Source: Candidatus Omnitrophota bacterium
GTDB taxonomy: Bacteria; Omnitrophota; Gorgyraeia; Zapsychrales; Fredricksoniimonadaceae
Direction of reading: 5' to 3'
NCBI GenBank assembly: GCA_903944345.1
Contig: CAJARJ010000020.1
Coordinates: 18,110 to 82,109, forward strand
DNA length: 64,000 nt
Within the stretch, counting starts at the first letter, position 1, and each line of letters begins with the position of its first letter. Position numbers and translations under genes: made by a program. Positions 17,598 to 28,110 of the stretch are shown in pieces. The notes under the pieces are model-generated. The model saw only the letters and a program-made list of their open reading frames with translations, did no database searches and had not been told where the DNA came from.

Positions 17598-20500
17598 TCA
17601 TCTTGTTTCTCTTTTAAGAGGCCGCAGGAAAAAGACCCGTTCCCCAAAGACCACCTCAACCGCGTGTGCTGCCTGCACATCCGTCAGAGTAAAAAGCCAC
17701 GTCCCGTTATCGTAGGTCAACGCCACCCCTTTGCCATCCACAAGAACGTATTTGACCGACTGCCCGGCTTCCGGAGTCAGACGAAACGTCACGGATTCTC
17801 CTCTGGGAACATTCTGCACGCCGGAAGGCTCAATGGTTCCAGGACCGCTAACCGTTGGCGTCACCGCGAAAGTGATCGAAACAGTCACTTGCCCGCTGAC
17901 TGTCCCGCCGATTCCGCTGCAAGTCAAAGAATAAACTGTTGTCGATTCTGTGGGCGTCACTTCCTCCGTCCCGGCAACAAGTTTGGCTCCTGACCAGCCA
18001 CCACCAGCTGTGCAAACCGTCGTATTGGTAGATTCCCAGACCAACGATGAAGATTCCCCCGGATCGACATTCACCGGATTGGCTGTAAAACTGAAAGTGG
18101 CCGGAATCGCAGTAAAAACAGCCGTGATAGTCTGATTGGATTGCACGTCACTGAACGTATAAGAACTGTTCGTTCCAACCGAAACTCCGTTAACAAGAAC
18201 GTCTTCTATACGATACCCCTCATCCGGCGTCACTGTAAAGACCTGACTTCCCCCTTCAGCGACCGTTGTCGTATCCGGAGCAATCGTTCCATTTGCCCCC
18301 TGGGTAACAGTCAAGGTAAACATGCGCGGTGTAACCGCGACTTCCAAAGACTCGGTATCCGTACCGCCCGGGCCGGAACAGGCCAGGGTGTAGGTGCTAT
18401 TCTGGGCAACAGTGACCGCCTCGGATCCGGCAATGGCCTTTGCCCCAGACCAGGCACCACCGGCGGTACAAGTCGTTGCAGACGTCGAAGCCCAGCTGAG
18501 AGTGGTCACATCCCCCGTAACTACAGTCAAAGGGTTAGCAGAAAAACTGACAACCGGAGCCGGAATCACAATCGAAGAAAATGACGCCGTAATCTGGTGA
18601 TCTTCTTGAACATTCATAAAAGTAAATAAAGAAATCGCGCCCTGAGATACACTGTCCACCTGAACATCTGTCACCTGGTACCCGGCATCAGGAGTAATCG
18701 TGAACGTCTGATCATTGCCCTCGAGCAGCGCAGTTGTTCCCGGGGCAATCACGCCATTATTTCCCTGGGTAACCGTCAGATTATAAACAGGAATATTAAC
18801 CGTAAGCGCAAACGTCTGCTGACTCGAAGTGCTATACCCCGTGCAGGTCAGCGTGTAATTGGCGGTTCCGGCTGCAGAGGGAGTCACCGTCTGTGTCCCC
18901 GCCGTTGCCTTGCTGCCTGACCAGTCTCCGCTAGCCGTACAACTATTAGCATAAAGGGTGGACCAGGTCAGAATCGAAGATTGCCCGACCGAAATTGTTG
19001 CCGGAGCCCCGGAAATTGTAATGACCGGTGCCGGAACAGGGATCAACGAGAAAGAAGCCGTGATGGCGTGATCGGCCTGAACATTGGTAAAAGTATAGGA
19101 GTCAACGGCTCCGAACGAAACTCCATCCACCAGCACATCCTGCACCTGATAACCAGCCTGCGGAGTCATGGTGAATGTTTTGTCGGTCCCGGCTGTAACA
19201 GCGGTTGTACCCGGAGAAATCACGCCATTAGCCGACTGGGTTACCGTTAAGGTATGCGTTGCCGGCGTAACCGTTACCGTAACCATATCCGCGCCCGCGC
19301 CCCCGTCTCCATTGCAAGTCAACGTATAACTGGCGGTGACAGCAGGGGAAACCACCTGGGTGCCAGATGTGGCTTTTGCTCCCTCCCAGGCCCCGCTGGC
19401 CCCGCAAGCATTGGCGTTCGTCGTGGTCCAGCTCAGTGTGGAGGAACCGCCCCCAATAATCCCCTCCGGAGTTGCCGTCAAAGTAACTGTCGGTGGCAAC
19501 GGGGCAAACGTTGCTGTAAGTGTATGATTGGACTGGACATCGCTAAAAGTATACTGATTGGCCGATCCTTCGGGAATGCCGTCCGCAATCACGCTCCCGA
19601 TCCGGTACAAAGGATCCGGAGTAATCGTAAATATCTGACTGGCTCCGTCTACGACAGTGACCGTACCGGGAGAAATCGTTCCGTTAGATCCTTGCGCAAC
19701 ACTCAAGGTATAATTGACAGTCCCCACTGTTACTCCGGCATTTACAGCTGTTGACCCTCCTGGGCCGTAACAAGTCAAGGTATACTGAGCGGTTGCTGCG
19801 GGGACAACGGGATGAGTTCCTGCTGTCGGTTGGAATCCCGCCCAGTCGCCGCTGGCCACACACAGTGTCGCATAATTCGTGGACCAAGTCAGGACTGAAG
19901 AGCCTCCTTCGAGAATATTGACCGGGCTGGCCGAAAAAGTGAGCTGCGGTGGAATCGGCGCGAAAACCGCGGTAATACTCGAATCCACCCTGACATCGGG
20001 AAAAGTATACGAAGTCAGAGACCCGACCGAAATTCCATTAACCAGAACGTCCTGAACCAGATAATCAGCATCGGGGGTAATGGTAAACGTCTGACTACTG
20101 CCTCCGGATACCAGCACTGTACCAGGAGCAATAGTCCCGTTGTTCCCCTGAACCACCTCGAGAGTGAACGTACGCGGATTAACCGTAACCGTTACCGTTT
20201 CGGTATCCGTGCCTGATGGGCCCGTACAGACCAAAGTATACGTTGCGGATGCAGCCGGAGTCATAATAGCCTCCCCGCCGACATCTTTCGTTCCGGTCCA
20301 GGAACCACTGGCCGTGCAGGCGGTGGCATCCGTAGCCGACCAGGTAAGAGTAGAGGAATCCCCGGCAATAATAGTGGCTGGTGCGGCGGTGAAAGTTAAT
20401 ACCGGTGCCGGCGGCGGGATCAAGGAAAAAGAAACCGCAATGGTATGGTTCGCCTGAACATTAGAGAAAATATAAGTCGGAGATGTCCCGACAGATACCC

Positions 20501-23500
20501 CATCGACCAATACATCTGCAATCTGATAACCGTTGTGCGGTGTCATTGTGAAGGTCTGATCCGTCCCCGCATTGACCGTTATCGTGGCTGGTGAAATATC
20601 TCCGTTAGTCCCCACGGTAGCCGTAAGTAAATATGTTTTGGGCTGAACAGTAACCGAAACGCTGGCATTGTCCGAACCGTCCGGTCCCGTACAGGTCAAA
20701 GTATAGGTTGCAGCAGCCGCAGGAGTGACCGCTTCTGACCCCGCAATATCCCTTGCGCCGGACCAGTCCCCGCTGGCCGTACAAGCCGTAGCGTCCGTCG
20801 TCGACCAGGTCAGGGTGGCAAAGTCCCCGGCGATAATAGTCAAAGGATCAACAGTCAATACGATCTCGGGAGGCGTCAGGGGAATCAGGGAAAAAGAAGC
20901 CGTAATACTACGATTCGCCCGCACGTTGGTGAAAGCATACTCGCTCACAGCCCCGCGGGATACTCCATCCACCAGCACATCCTGAATCTGATAACCGCTA
21001 TCCGGCGTGATTGTAAAGACCTGGTCAGCCCCGGCGTCAAGCGTGAGCGTTCCGGGAGAAATCGTGCCGTTATTTCCCTGGGTTACAGTCAGAGTATACG
21101 TCAACGGCTGAACAGTCACTGTCGTTGAATTCTCCCCGCTGCCGCCGGCACCGGTACAAGTCAATGTGTACGTTTCTGTTTGCGCCGGTGTAAGCGTAGC
21201 CGTTCCTGTTGTCGCTCTGGATCCGGTCCATCCTCCGCTGGCCGTACAGGCCGTAGCATCAGTAGCCGACCAGGTCAGGGTGGTTGATTCTCCGGTATAA
21301 ATCGTGGACGGACTGGCTGAAATGCTAACAACCGGCGGCACAACCGGGATCAGGGAGAAAGAAGCCGAAAGCGTATGATCAGCAGAAATATTCGGGAATG
21401 TATACGAAGTTATCGAGCCTTGGGAATTACCGTCCACCAGAACCGCCTGCACCTGATAACCGCTATTGGGTGTTATGGCAAACGTGGGAGAACTGCCGGC
21501 CGCCACGGTCGTCGTTCCGGGTGAAACACTGCCATTGGAGCCCGCACTCACGGTCACGGTATACTCAACAATTTCTTCGGCAACTGTCACCGGAATGGCC
21601 GCAGAAGTGGTCTGTGCTCCATTATTATCAGTCACCTTCAGCCGGGCCACGTAATTACCCAAAGCCGCGTAGGTATGCTGGACAATAGGATTAGTAGCAT
21701 GCGCTGACCCGTCGCCAAAGTCCCAATCATAAGAGGCGATGTTACCATCGGGATCATACGAGTCGGTTCCCACAAAATCGACCACCAAAGGTGGCTCGCC
21801 CGAGGAAGGGAGCGCCGTACCTCTTGCTATCGGAGGAGTATTGGTTCCGGCAAACGTATACGTGATCTTGCTGTAATTGCTGTTGTTATCGATGCTCAGC
21901 GGTAAACCCGTGGCTGAAGACAAAACCGCCATACTTTCCGGATTCAGAAGTGCAAAACTGCTTACTTGAAGAGGACTCGCCGAAGTGTTGTCTACCAAAA
22001 CAAGATAATAATCTTTGGACGTTGTTGTTGCCGGCAGTAGATCGGTAAAATCAAAAAGGAAATCGCCGCTCATCGCAGTCGTCGTTCCGTTAAAAGCATA
22101 ATCCCCACCCTGATAATACAGCGCCCCCGGATACCATTCGGTACGAGTGGAATACGCTGCCCCGGCATCGGCAATCGCCAGTGCCACTTCAATCTGCTGG
22201 CGCTTGGCATGATTCAATGTAAATTTCCCGACCAGCTTGGGCACATAAGTTCCCCCTGATCTGACCGTCATGGCAAAAATTTGCTGTCCTGTAAACATGG
22301 GTTGTCTTCCGGAAGAAGGGCCTCCGCTCACCTGTGTAATCGGCCGAAGCGCATCATAGGACACCCACACAAACCCGCTGTTGCCCCAACTGGTGCCCCA
22401 GGAATTGGCAATTTTGAAAGCTCCCAGTTCATTGGCATCCAGAGTCGAATTGCCATTGACATCAATCCATAAATTATCATTGTATCCGACTATAGTAATG
22501 AAATGACCGCCATCCTGACCATTCTGCCAGGAAATCGCTTCCTGACCAATATAGCTGTTGTCATCCGTCGTAGCCGGATTATCGCGCACTGTGGTCATCA
22601 CCCAGGAATAGGCATAAGTGCCCCCTGTAAGAACATAACCATTATTCAAAAGTTTCTTGACCAGCAACATGCCTTCGTTTGTGCCGACATTATCCACATA
22701 AACAGCCGTATTTGCCCGGGCTTTAAGCGCTTCCCGCCAGGTGGCAGCATCGGTCACCCAGGGAAGATAACTGCTGTCATAAGGAACCAGCGACCAGACA
22801 GGCGCCCCGTGCTGAAGCATCAAAATATAGGCATGAACCGCATAACTTCCGCCATCCGCGCCACCATTGATCATATTGTAAATAAATTTGGGAGAATACT
22901 TGGTCGAATTATCCGCGTTATTGATCGCAATATTTTTTTCGCGGGCGATCATGTAAGACAACTGATAATAGCCGGCGGCAAAAGCCACACAGGAACCAAG
23001 CAAGCCTTGATCCCTGATCGGAGGGAACCATTGCAAAAGACTGTTGTCGGCAGAAAGAGGAAGCGAGGCCCCGACAAGATCGGAGACGGAAGCCGCATTA
23101 TAATTTAAAATACCGGTTGAAGCAGGCGAACTCACAATATCGTCAGCGGTGCTCTCAATCTCCTGGCCAGAAGTAATTGCCAACGCCGAGGGCAAAAGGG
23201 GACGGCGTTGCTGCTGCAAATGAGCATTGACACGCTGCAGTCCAAACGCATTAAGCCTGACATTGGTGACCCGATTGAAACTTTTACGTATGCGGGCTTC
23301 TTCCTCTATTGAATACTTCATCCCGGTCTTGAGGTTCGGATGTGTCTTTGGAGTGTATTTATTGCGGACTGTATTAAGTGTGACAACCTGTGCGCAAGCT
23401 AGCTCGGAGGAACCGCCACCTCCCAAACGCGCCAGCGGAAAACCAGCCGTGAGCAGACAAGAAAAGATCAGCAAACAACGTAATATAGCACCGGGTTTCA

Positions 23501-23504
23501 GCAT
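17598..23504 (-). CDS. giant secreted papain-family (C1) cysteine protease with PKD domain and 8 tandem Ig-like/B-repeat-like modules
   Basis: Start proposed at ATG 23504 (MLKPGAILRCLLIFSCLLTAGFPLA signal peptide). The ORF is open to 23540. C1 catalytic residues are present: QGLLGSCVAFAAGYY (Cys), GGHFITIVGYND (His), NSWGTSWGNSGFVWVSYD (Asn/Trp). PKD motif YDWDFGDGS...H.Y...G.Y...VTD. Then 8 units of [~80-aa TLTWS...C.ASG.W...YTLTC domain + ~75-aa YTLTV.QG.NG.ISPG...TITPD.GYQ..DVLVDG domain]. Confidence 0.8.
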   Translation of the reverse strand: MLKPGAILRCLLIFSCLLTAGFPLARLGGGGSSELACAQVVTLNTVRNKYTPKTHPNLKTGMKYSIEEEARIRKSFNRVTNVRLNAFGLQRVNAHLQQQRRPLLPSALAITSGQEIESTADDIVSSPASTGILNYNAASVSDLVGASLPLSADNSLLQWFPPIRDQGLLGSCVAFAAGYYQLSYMIAREKNIAINNADNSTKYSPKFIYNMINGGADGGSYAVHAYILMLQHGAPVWSLVPYDSSYLPWVTDAATWREALKARANTAVYVDNVGTNEGMLLVKKLLNNGYVLTGGTYAYSWVMTTVRDNPATTDDNSYIGQEAISWQNGQDGGHFITIVGYNDNLWIDVNGNSTLDANELGAFKIANSWGTSWGNSGFVWVSYDALRPITQVSGGPSSGRQPMFTGQQIFAMTVRSGGTYVPKLVGKFTLNHAKRQQIEVALAIADAGAAYSTRTEWYPGALYYQGGDYAFNGTTTAMSGDFLFDFTDLLPATTTSKDYYLVLVDNTSASPLQVSSFALLNPESMAVLSSATGLPLSIDNNSNYSKITYTFAGTNTPPIARGTALPSSGEPPLVVDFVGTDSYDPDGNIASYDWDFGDGSAHATNPIVQHTYAALGNYVARLKVTDNNGAQTTSAAIPVTVAEEIVEYTVTVSAGSNGSVSPGTTTVAAGSSPTFAITPNSGYQVQAVLVDGNSQGSITSYTFPNISADHTLSASFSLIPVVPPVVSISASPSTIYTGESTTLTWSATDATACTASGGWTGSRATTGTATLTPAQTETYTLTCTGAGGSGENSTTVTVQPLTYTLTVTQGNNGTISPGTLTLDAGADQVFTITPDSGYQIQDVLVDGVSRGAVSEYAFTNVRANRSITASFSLIPLTPPEIVLTVDPLTIIAGDFATLTWSTTDATACTASGDWSGARDIAGSEAVTPAAAATYTLTCTGPDGSDNASVSVTVQPKTYLLTATVGTNGDISPATITVNAGTDQTFTMTPHNGYQIADVLVDGVSVGTSPTYIFSNVQANHTIAVSFSLIPPPAPVLTFTAAPATIIAGDSSTLTWSATDATACTASGSWTGTKDVGGEAIMTPAASATYTLVCTGPSGTDTETVTVTVNPRTFTLEVVQGNNGTIAPGTVLVSGGSSQTFTITPDADYLVQDVLVNGISVGSLTSYTFPDVRVDSSITAVFAPIPPQLTFSASPVNILEGGSSVLTWSTNYATLCVASGDWAGFQPTAGTHPVVPAATAQYTLTCYGPGGSTAVNAGVTVGTVNYTLSVAQGSNGTISPGTVTVVDGASQIFTITPDPLYRIGSVIADGIPEGSANQYTFSDVQSNHTLTATFAPLPPTVTLTATPEGIIGGGSSTLSWTTTNANACGASGAWEGAKATSGTQVVSPAVTASYTLTCNGDGGAGADMVTVTVTPATHTLTVTQSANGVISPGTTAVTAGTDKTFTMTPQAGYQVQDVLVDGVSFGAVDSYTFTNVQADHAITASFSLIPVPAPVITISGAPATISVGQSSILTWSTLYANSCTASGDWSGSKATAGTQTVTPSAAGTANYTLTCTGYSTSSQQTFALTVNIPVYNLTVTQGNNGVIAPGTTALLEGNDQTFTITPDAGYQVTDVQVDSVSQGAISLFTFMNVQEDHQITASFSSIVIPAPVVSFSANPLTVVTGDVTTLSWASTSATTCTAGGAWSGAKAIAGSEAVTVAQNSTYTLACSGPGGTDTESLEVAVTPRMFTLTVTQGANGTIAPDTTTVAEGGSQVFTVTPDEGYRIEDVLVNGVSVGTNSSYTFSDVQSNQTITAVFTAIPATFSFTANPVNVDPGESSSLVWESTNTTVCTAGGGWSGAKLVAGTEEVTPTESTTVYSLTCSGIGGTVSGQVTVSITFAVTPTVSGPGTIEPSGVQNVPRGESVTFRLTPEAGQSVKYVLVDGKGVALTYDNGTWLFTLTDVQAAHAVEVVFGERVFFLRPLKRETR
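17700..21700. repeat. coding tandem repeat, about 8 copies with ~462-bp period (inside the giant protease gene)
   Basis: Recurring motif (..ctgaacattggtaaaagtatagga.. and variants) at 18146, 18610, 19075, 19536, 19998, 20455, 20915 and 21381, giving spacings of 457-466 bp. Copies are diverged (~70-80% identity by eye). Confidence 0.75.
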
Positions 23505-23639
23505 AATCTTTCTTTCTGCTCCCCAAGAGTTTATAAACACTTAACACCTGCCTGATCCAGGACTTTGCATCCCGGGGCCTCAGACAGACTGACTCGTGAA
23601 AAGCATAGCATAATGGGAAGAGAGGGTACAAGCAGGTAT

Positions 23640-23696
23640 TGTAAAAAAATAAACACCGCCTCTGCCTGACGCTTTTACGCCAAACAGAAGCGGTGT
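23640..23696 (-). terminator. Rho-independent terminator downstream of gap
   Basis: On the minus strand a 12-bp stem (acaccgcctctg / cagaagcggtgt, 11 of 12 paired) with ~20-nt loop is followed by TTATTTTTTTAC (A-run on plus strand 23640-23652), immediately after the gap stop at 23750. Confidence 0.55.
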
Positions 23697-23749
23697 CTGA
23701 TCTTTGCCAACTGAAAGGAAATTACATCACAGGAACAAAACCTGCGAAT

Positions 23750-24856
<1,107 letters not shown>

Positions 24857-24992
24857 TCACACAGCCGCGCTCTCCTGGACAAAAGGAATGCGGTACGAAA
24901 TCCTGAAACTGTCCGGCGATTATAGCAAAAACCAGGATTTGGGCAACTGAATTTACATCTTGCCTGTCTTTGAATGTCGGCTGTCTATAGAC

Positions 24993-26270
24993 TCAGAAAT
25001 TAATCAGCAAGCCCGTGCTTTCGCTCAAAGGCTGCTCAAAATAACTCCCGCGATTTTCTTTGTACGAGTTTTCTGCCAGCAGACGAGCCCGGACAACGTC
25101 GGCAGAGCCTGACAGACGGCCCAGCATGTCCTTGTAAACAGCAGGGAAATACTCTTCTTCCCGGGCTGCAACAAGCACGGCGCGCAAAACCTCCCGCTTG
25201 TTTTCAATAATCGATCGATAGGCTTGCGGTAACCGCGGCAACAACAAACAATGCTCCAGGTAATTAATGGCCCGGATATAGACCTGCCGGGCCTCTGCCA
25301 GAGCCAGATGCGAAGAAAGCACCAAAACACGTGCTTCGCGAACAGAATCGGGCAGCATGTCCAACTGCGCCAGGATCCTGTCAGTAACCGGCACCCCGGG
25401 CAGAGACAAACGGATCAGCTTGCCCTCCGAGACCCGCCCGTCGAGCGAAAAATCTTCTGCCGCCTTCTGCCAGAGGGCGACAAACTCCTGCCGCGCCTCC
25501 GCGACAACAGAGGCAAAGGAACGTTTAGGAAAAACTTCGCTGATATCATTGGCTGTGATCACCACTTCCCCGCTGAGCGCGGCGACCTTGTCACCCTCAT
25601 TAAGCTGTGGAAGTCCCAGCAGTCCCACCGCATCACGCACAACATGCACTGACCTACGCCCGTCTTCAAGCGTCCCGGCATCCTGAATGCAGGGCAGAAA
25701 TGAAAACGGCGCTTTGACCTTGCGACAATCGCCAAGCGCCCGCATCAATCCGTTATCCTGCCTGGCCAGCAGACATTCCCGGACTGAAAGCTTGCGCAAG
25801 CGTTCGTTCAGGTTATCAGAGGGTAAATCCAGCCTTAATAGTCCCAGCTCTTCCAGCAACAAGCTCTGCATGGACTGTGTCCGGTAATGTTTAACAATAT
25901 CTGCCAGCGCGGGACTGGAATACGACAAACGCAACAGGTCATACGCACTGACCGGAACCTTATCCAGCAGGCGTCGGGATAAAAGAGGCCGCAGCCCCTC
26001 CTCAATTTCCTGCCGGAACGCCAGCTCACGATCGTCCAGGCGTACCGGCCGCAGCAGCGGGCCAGTCGAAGCCTTGTCCAGCTCGCTCACTTTGGCTTGG
26101 TGCTGTGCGCGGTCAAGGCCCGGTGTCCGATAATAACAAAACCCCCGGTCGTCAATAACCGCCTTGCGTAAACGGGTATCCGCAGGCGCGTCCGGTGCAA
26201 AAATATCAGCGGCCGCCGGCACTCCCACCAAAAGCAGAACCAGAGGGAACCATCTTAGAACAAACAGCAT
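24993..26270 (-). CDS. hypothetical secreted Leu/Arg-rich helical protein (last gene of the T4SS-like operon; TraH-sized)
   Basis: Start placed at ATG 26270 (MLFVLRWFPLVLLLVGVPAAA, signal-peptide-like), 16 nt inside the traU 3' end. No recognisable motif. Confidence 0.4.
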   Translation of the reverse strand: MLFVLRWFPLVLLLVGVPAAADIFAPDAPADTRLRKAVIDDRGFCYYRTPGLDRAQHQAKVSELDKASTGPLLRPVRLDDRELAFRQEIEEGLRPLLSRRLLDKVPVSAYDLLRLSYSSPALADIVKHYRTQSMQSLLLEELGLLRLDLPSDNLNERLRKLSVRECLLARQDNGLMRALGDCRKVKAPFSFLPCIQDAGTLEDGRRSVHVVRDAVGLLGLPQLNEGDKVAALSGEVVITANDISEVFPKRSFASVVAEARQEFVALWQKAAEDFSLDGRVSEGKLIRLSLPGVPVTDRILAQLDMLPDSVREARVLVLSSHLALAEARQVYIRAINYLEHCLLLPRLPQAYRSIIENKREVLRAVLVAAREEEYFPAVYKDMLGRLSGSADVVRARLLAENSYKENRGSYFEQPLSESTGLLINF

Positions 26271-27157
26271 TCTTTCTGTCTCCAATAAATCCAGACATAA
26301 CTGCCGTCCGCCGAACGCCGGCCGTTCTCCCACAGATCCGCCTGCTCTCCGACGCGCAAGCAACGGCTCTTTGACGGAAAGACCATCTGCAACCGATCCC
26401 TCAATTTGTCTGGCGAGAACATGGCCGGCACAATAATCCGATGCGGAACCAGCATGTTCAACGAAGCAATATCCACCGCCCGGTAGGCTGCCACGGCCGA
26501 GCCGACGGCCTCGCTATAATGAACCAGCTGTCCGGTCCGCGGAAACAACGGCCCCCAGCTGCCCAGACATGCCACAGCCGACAAAGGATGCAGGAAGTTC
26601 TCACACACCGGCCCGGCTGCGGCCAGAAGACGCGCCAGAGGATGCCCTGCTTCCCCGCGACCAACGCGCCACTCGGCAGCGTCAATCTCACTTAAATAGG
26701 ACAATGGCCCCGCAAGATCCGGGGGCCCCTCGCACGGCGCCAGAATAAGAGCAGACACCTGATCAGATAAAGGAAAACCGTAAACATGAACATCGTTCAT
26801 TTGCAAGGCCGTGGTGTCGGAGGCGTACGCGCTCCCGCTGTCGGGAGCGGCCTGACATTCCGCCGCCGCAGTAATGGTCTTGTTCCCCAATGACTGCAAA
26901 AACTTTCCCGCCAACGGACGCAATTCGTCAATCATGACCCGGCCCGGCATCTTGACGGTCTCAACAAGCAAGACCGGTTGACGGTAACGCACTCGCACCC
27001 CCACAAAAGGAGGAGTCGACCGCCGACAAACACCGATCACACGAAAATCCACACAATCCAGATCAGCGCGTAATGCCAGCGTGGACAGACTCTCAGCGCA
27101 GACAGGTACGGACAGCACAAGCCATATCAGCACAGAAACATTTATTACCCGGAACAT
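26255..27157 (-). CDS. traU: F-type conjugative-transfer pilus-assembly protein TraU family
   Basis: 300-aa Cys-rich secreted protein. ...YLSEIDAAEWR... and the C-terminal ...WIYWRQKECCLF closely parallel F-plasmid TraU (...AYLSEIDPTW... and ...LMWRKRNCVFL). AGGAG SD 7 nt upstream. Confidence 0.7.
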   Translation of the reverse strand: MFRVINVSVLIWLVLSVPVCAESLSTLALRADLDCVDFRVIGVCRRSTPPFVGVRVRYRQPVLLVETVKMPGRVMIDELRPLAGKFLQSLGNKTITAAAECQAAPDSGSAYASDTTALQMNDVHVYGFPLSDQVSALILAPCEGPPDLAGPLSYLSEIDAAEWRVGRGEAGHPLARLLAAAGPVCENFLHPLSAVACLGSWGPLFPRTGQLVHYSEAVGSAVAAYRAVDIASLNMLVPHRIIVPAMFSPDKLRDRLQMVFPSKSRCLRVGEQADLWENGRRSADGSYVWIYWRQKECCLF

Positions 27158-27178
27158 AAGAGCTCTCCTGCCGGAACA

Positions 27179-28102
27179 TCAGCCGCAACGAATGATCCAG
27201 AACATGGCCAAAGACGGCTGCATATTATTGTGCGCCTGGCCGCCCCCAGCGTTTTCTGTCGGATGAAGATATGGCACCGCCGGAATATTGTCATAATCCA
27301 GCGACTCCGCGTTCCCTTGCGCTGACCCGCCCCACCCCTGATTCTCGCTGAAAGTGTAATCATACATATTATGCTTGTGAGCGGGCATTTCCGGGATCGT
27401 CAACACATGCATCTCTGCCCCCAGCCGGCCACCTAGTACCGATGCTGACGGATGACTAACCACATTCGCCGCACTGCCCGTCATATTGTCCATTCCAATG
27501 GGCACGCGTCCCCGAAGGTCAGGCAAGGCAAACGTACTTGTTCCGTCTCCAGCACCATAAACTGTACCGATCAACGCAAACAAAAGAGTGTACTGCTCAC
27601 GTGAAATCGTCCGGCCGTCGCAAGGCAACCAACCCTCAGGTATTGTCGTGCCGGGCCAGGGGATCATGCTGCCAATCGGAAGGGCGGCATCAGGATCCTG
27701 GGCAAAACCGATATCCGACTGCACCCGGCCGTCTTGAACAACGCTTATTGGTGTCATACGCGCAACAAAGGCGGACAGCTGCGCAGGAACTTCTGTCTCA
27801 AGCATCATCCCGGCCCCCGATGAAGATAAAACATACTGACCTCCAAAAGGGTTTTTGCCCTCCCACGCCGCAGGCATATAGCCACCCTCCCTTAAATTTT
27901 GCCAATTCTGCGGCCAGACATGCTCTTTACGCTGAAATGCCCTGACAGCCTCGGTGATCCGCCCTATCTCCGCGACCGTGATGCGGGCAGCCTCAAGCTG
28001 GACACCGCGCAGAACACCGGGCACAACAATACTGACCAGAAGCCCCGCAATCAGCAGAGAAATCGACAGCTCAATCAGAGAAAATCCCTTGTCCGACCCC
28101 AT
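27179..28102 (-). CDS. type IV (pseudo)pilin with C-terminal phage tail-collar domain
   Basis: Prepilin leader MGSDKG|FSLIELSISLLIAGLL (Gly at -1, Phe at +1, Glu at +5). C-terminal half IPEGWLPCDGRTISREQYTLLFALIGTVYGAGDGTSTFALPDLRGRVPIG...HKHN matches the phage tail-collar fibre domain family (MdpB-like). Strong SD TAGGAGGTGGT before the ATG. Confidence 0.7.
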   Translation of the reverse strand: MGSDKGFSLIELSISLLIAGLLVSIVVPGVLRGVQLEAARITVAEIGRITEAVRAFQRKEHVWPQNWQNLREGGYMPAAWEGKNPFGGQYVLSSSGAGMMLETEVPAQLSAFVARMTPISVVQDGRVQSDIGFAQDPDAALPIGSMIPWPGTTIPEGWLPCDGRTISREQYTLLFALIGTVYGAGDGTSTFALPDLRGRVPIGMDNMTGSAANVVSHPSASVLGGRLGAEMHVLTIPEMPAHKHNMYDYTFSENQGWGGSAQGNAESLDYDNIPAVPYLHPTENAGGGQAHNNMQPSLAMFWIIRCG

Positions 28103-28110
28103 ACCACCTC

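Noticed and set aside
17700-21700. Possible CRISPR array suggested by regular ~460-bp periodicity
   Set aside because: Repeats are 462 bp, diverged, and fully protein-coding (Ig-like plus B-repeat modules). There are no short direct repeats with unique spacers and no cas genes.
22503-23108. 201-aa plus-strand ORF and several 60-170-aa plus-strand ORFs between 17.6 and 23.5 kb
   Set aside because: All lie antisense within the giant protease gene. Repetitive Thr/Gly/Ser codons on the sense strand keep antisense frames open.
24971-24980. 10-bp palindrome GTCTATAGAC in the gap to secreted-protein spacer
   Set aside because: Too short to distinguish from chance. No flanking T-tract or promoter elements.
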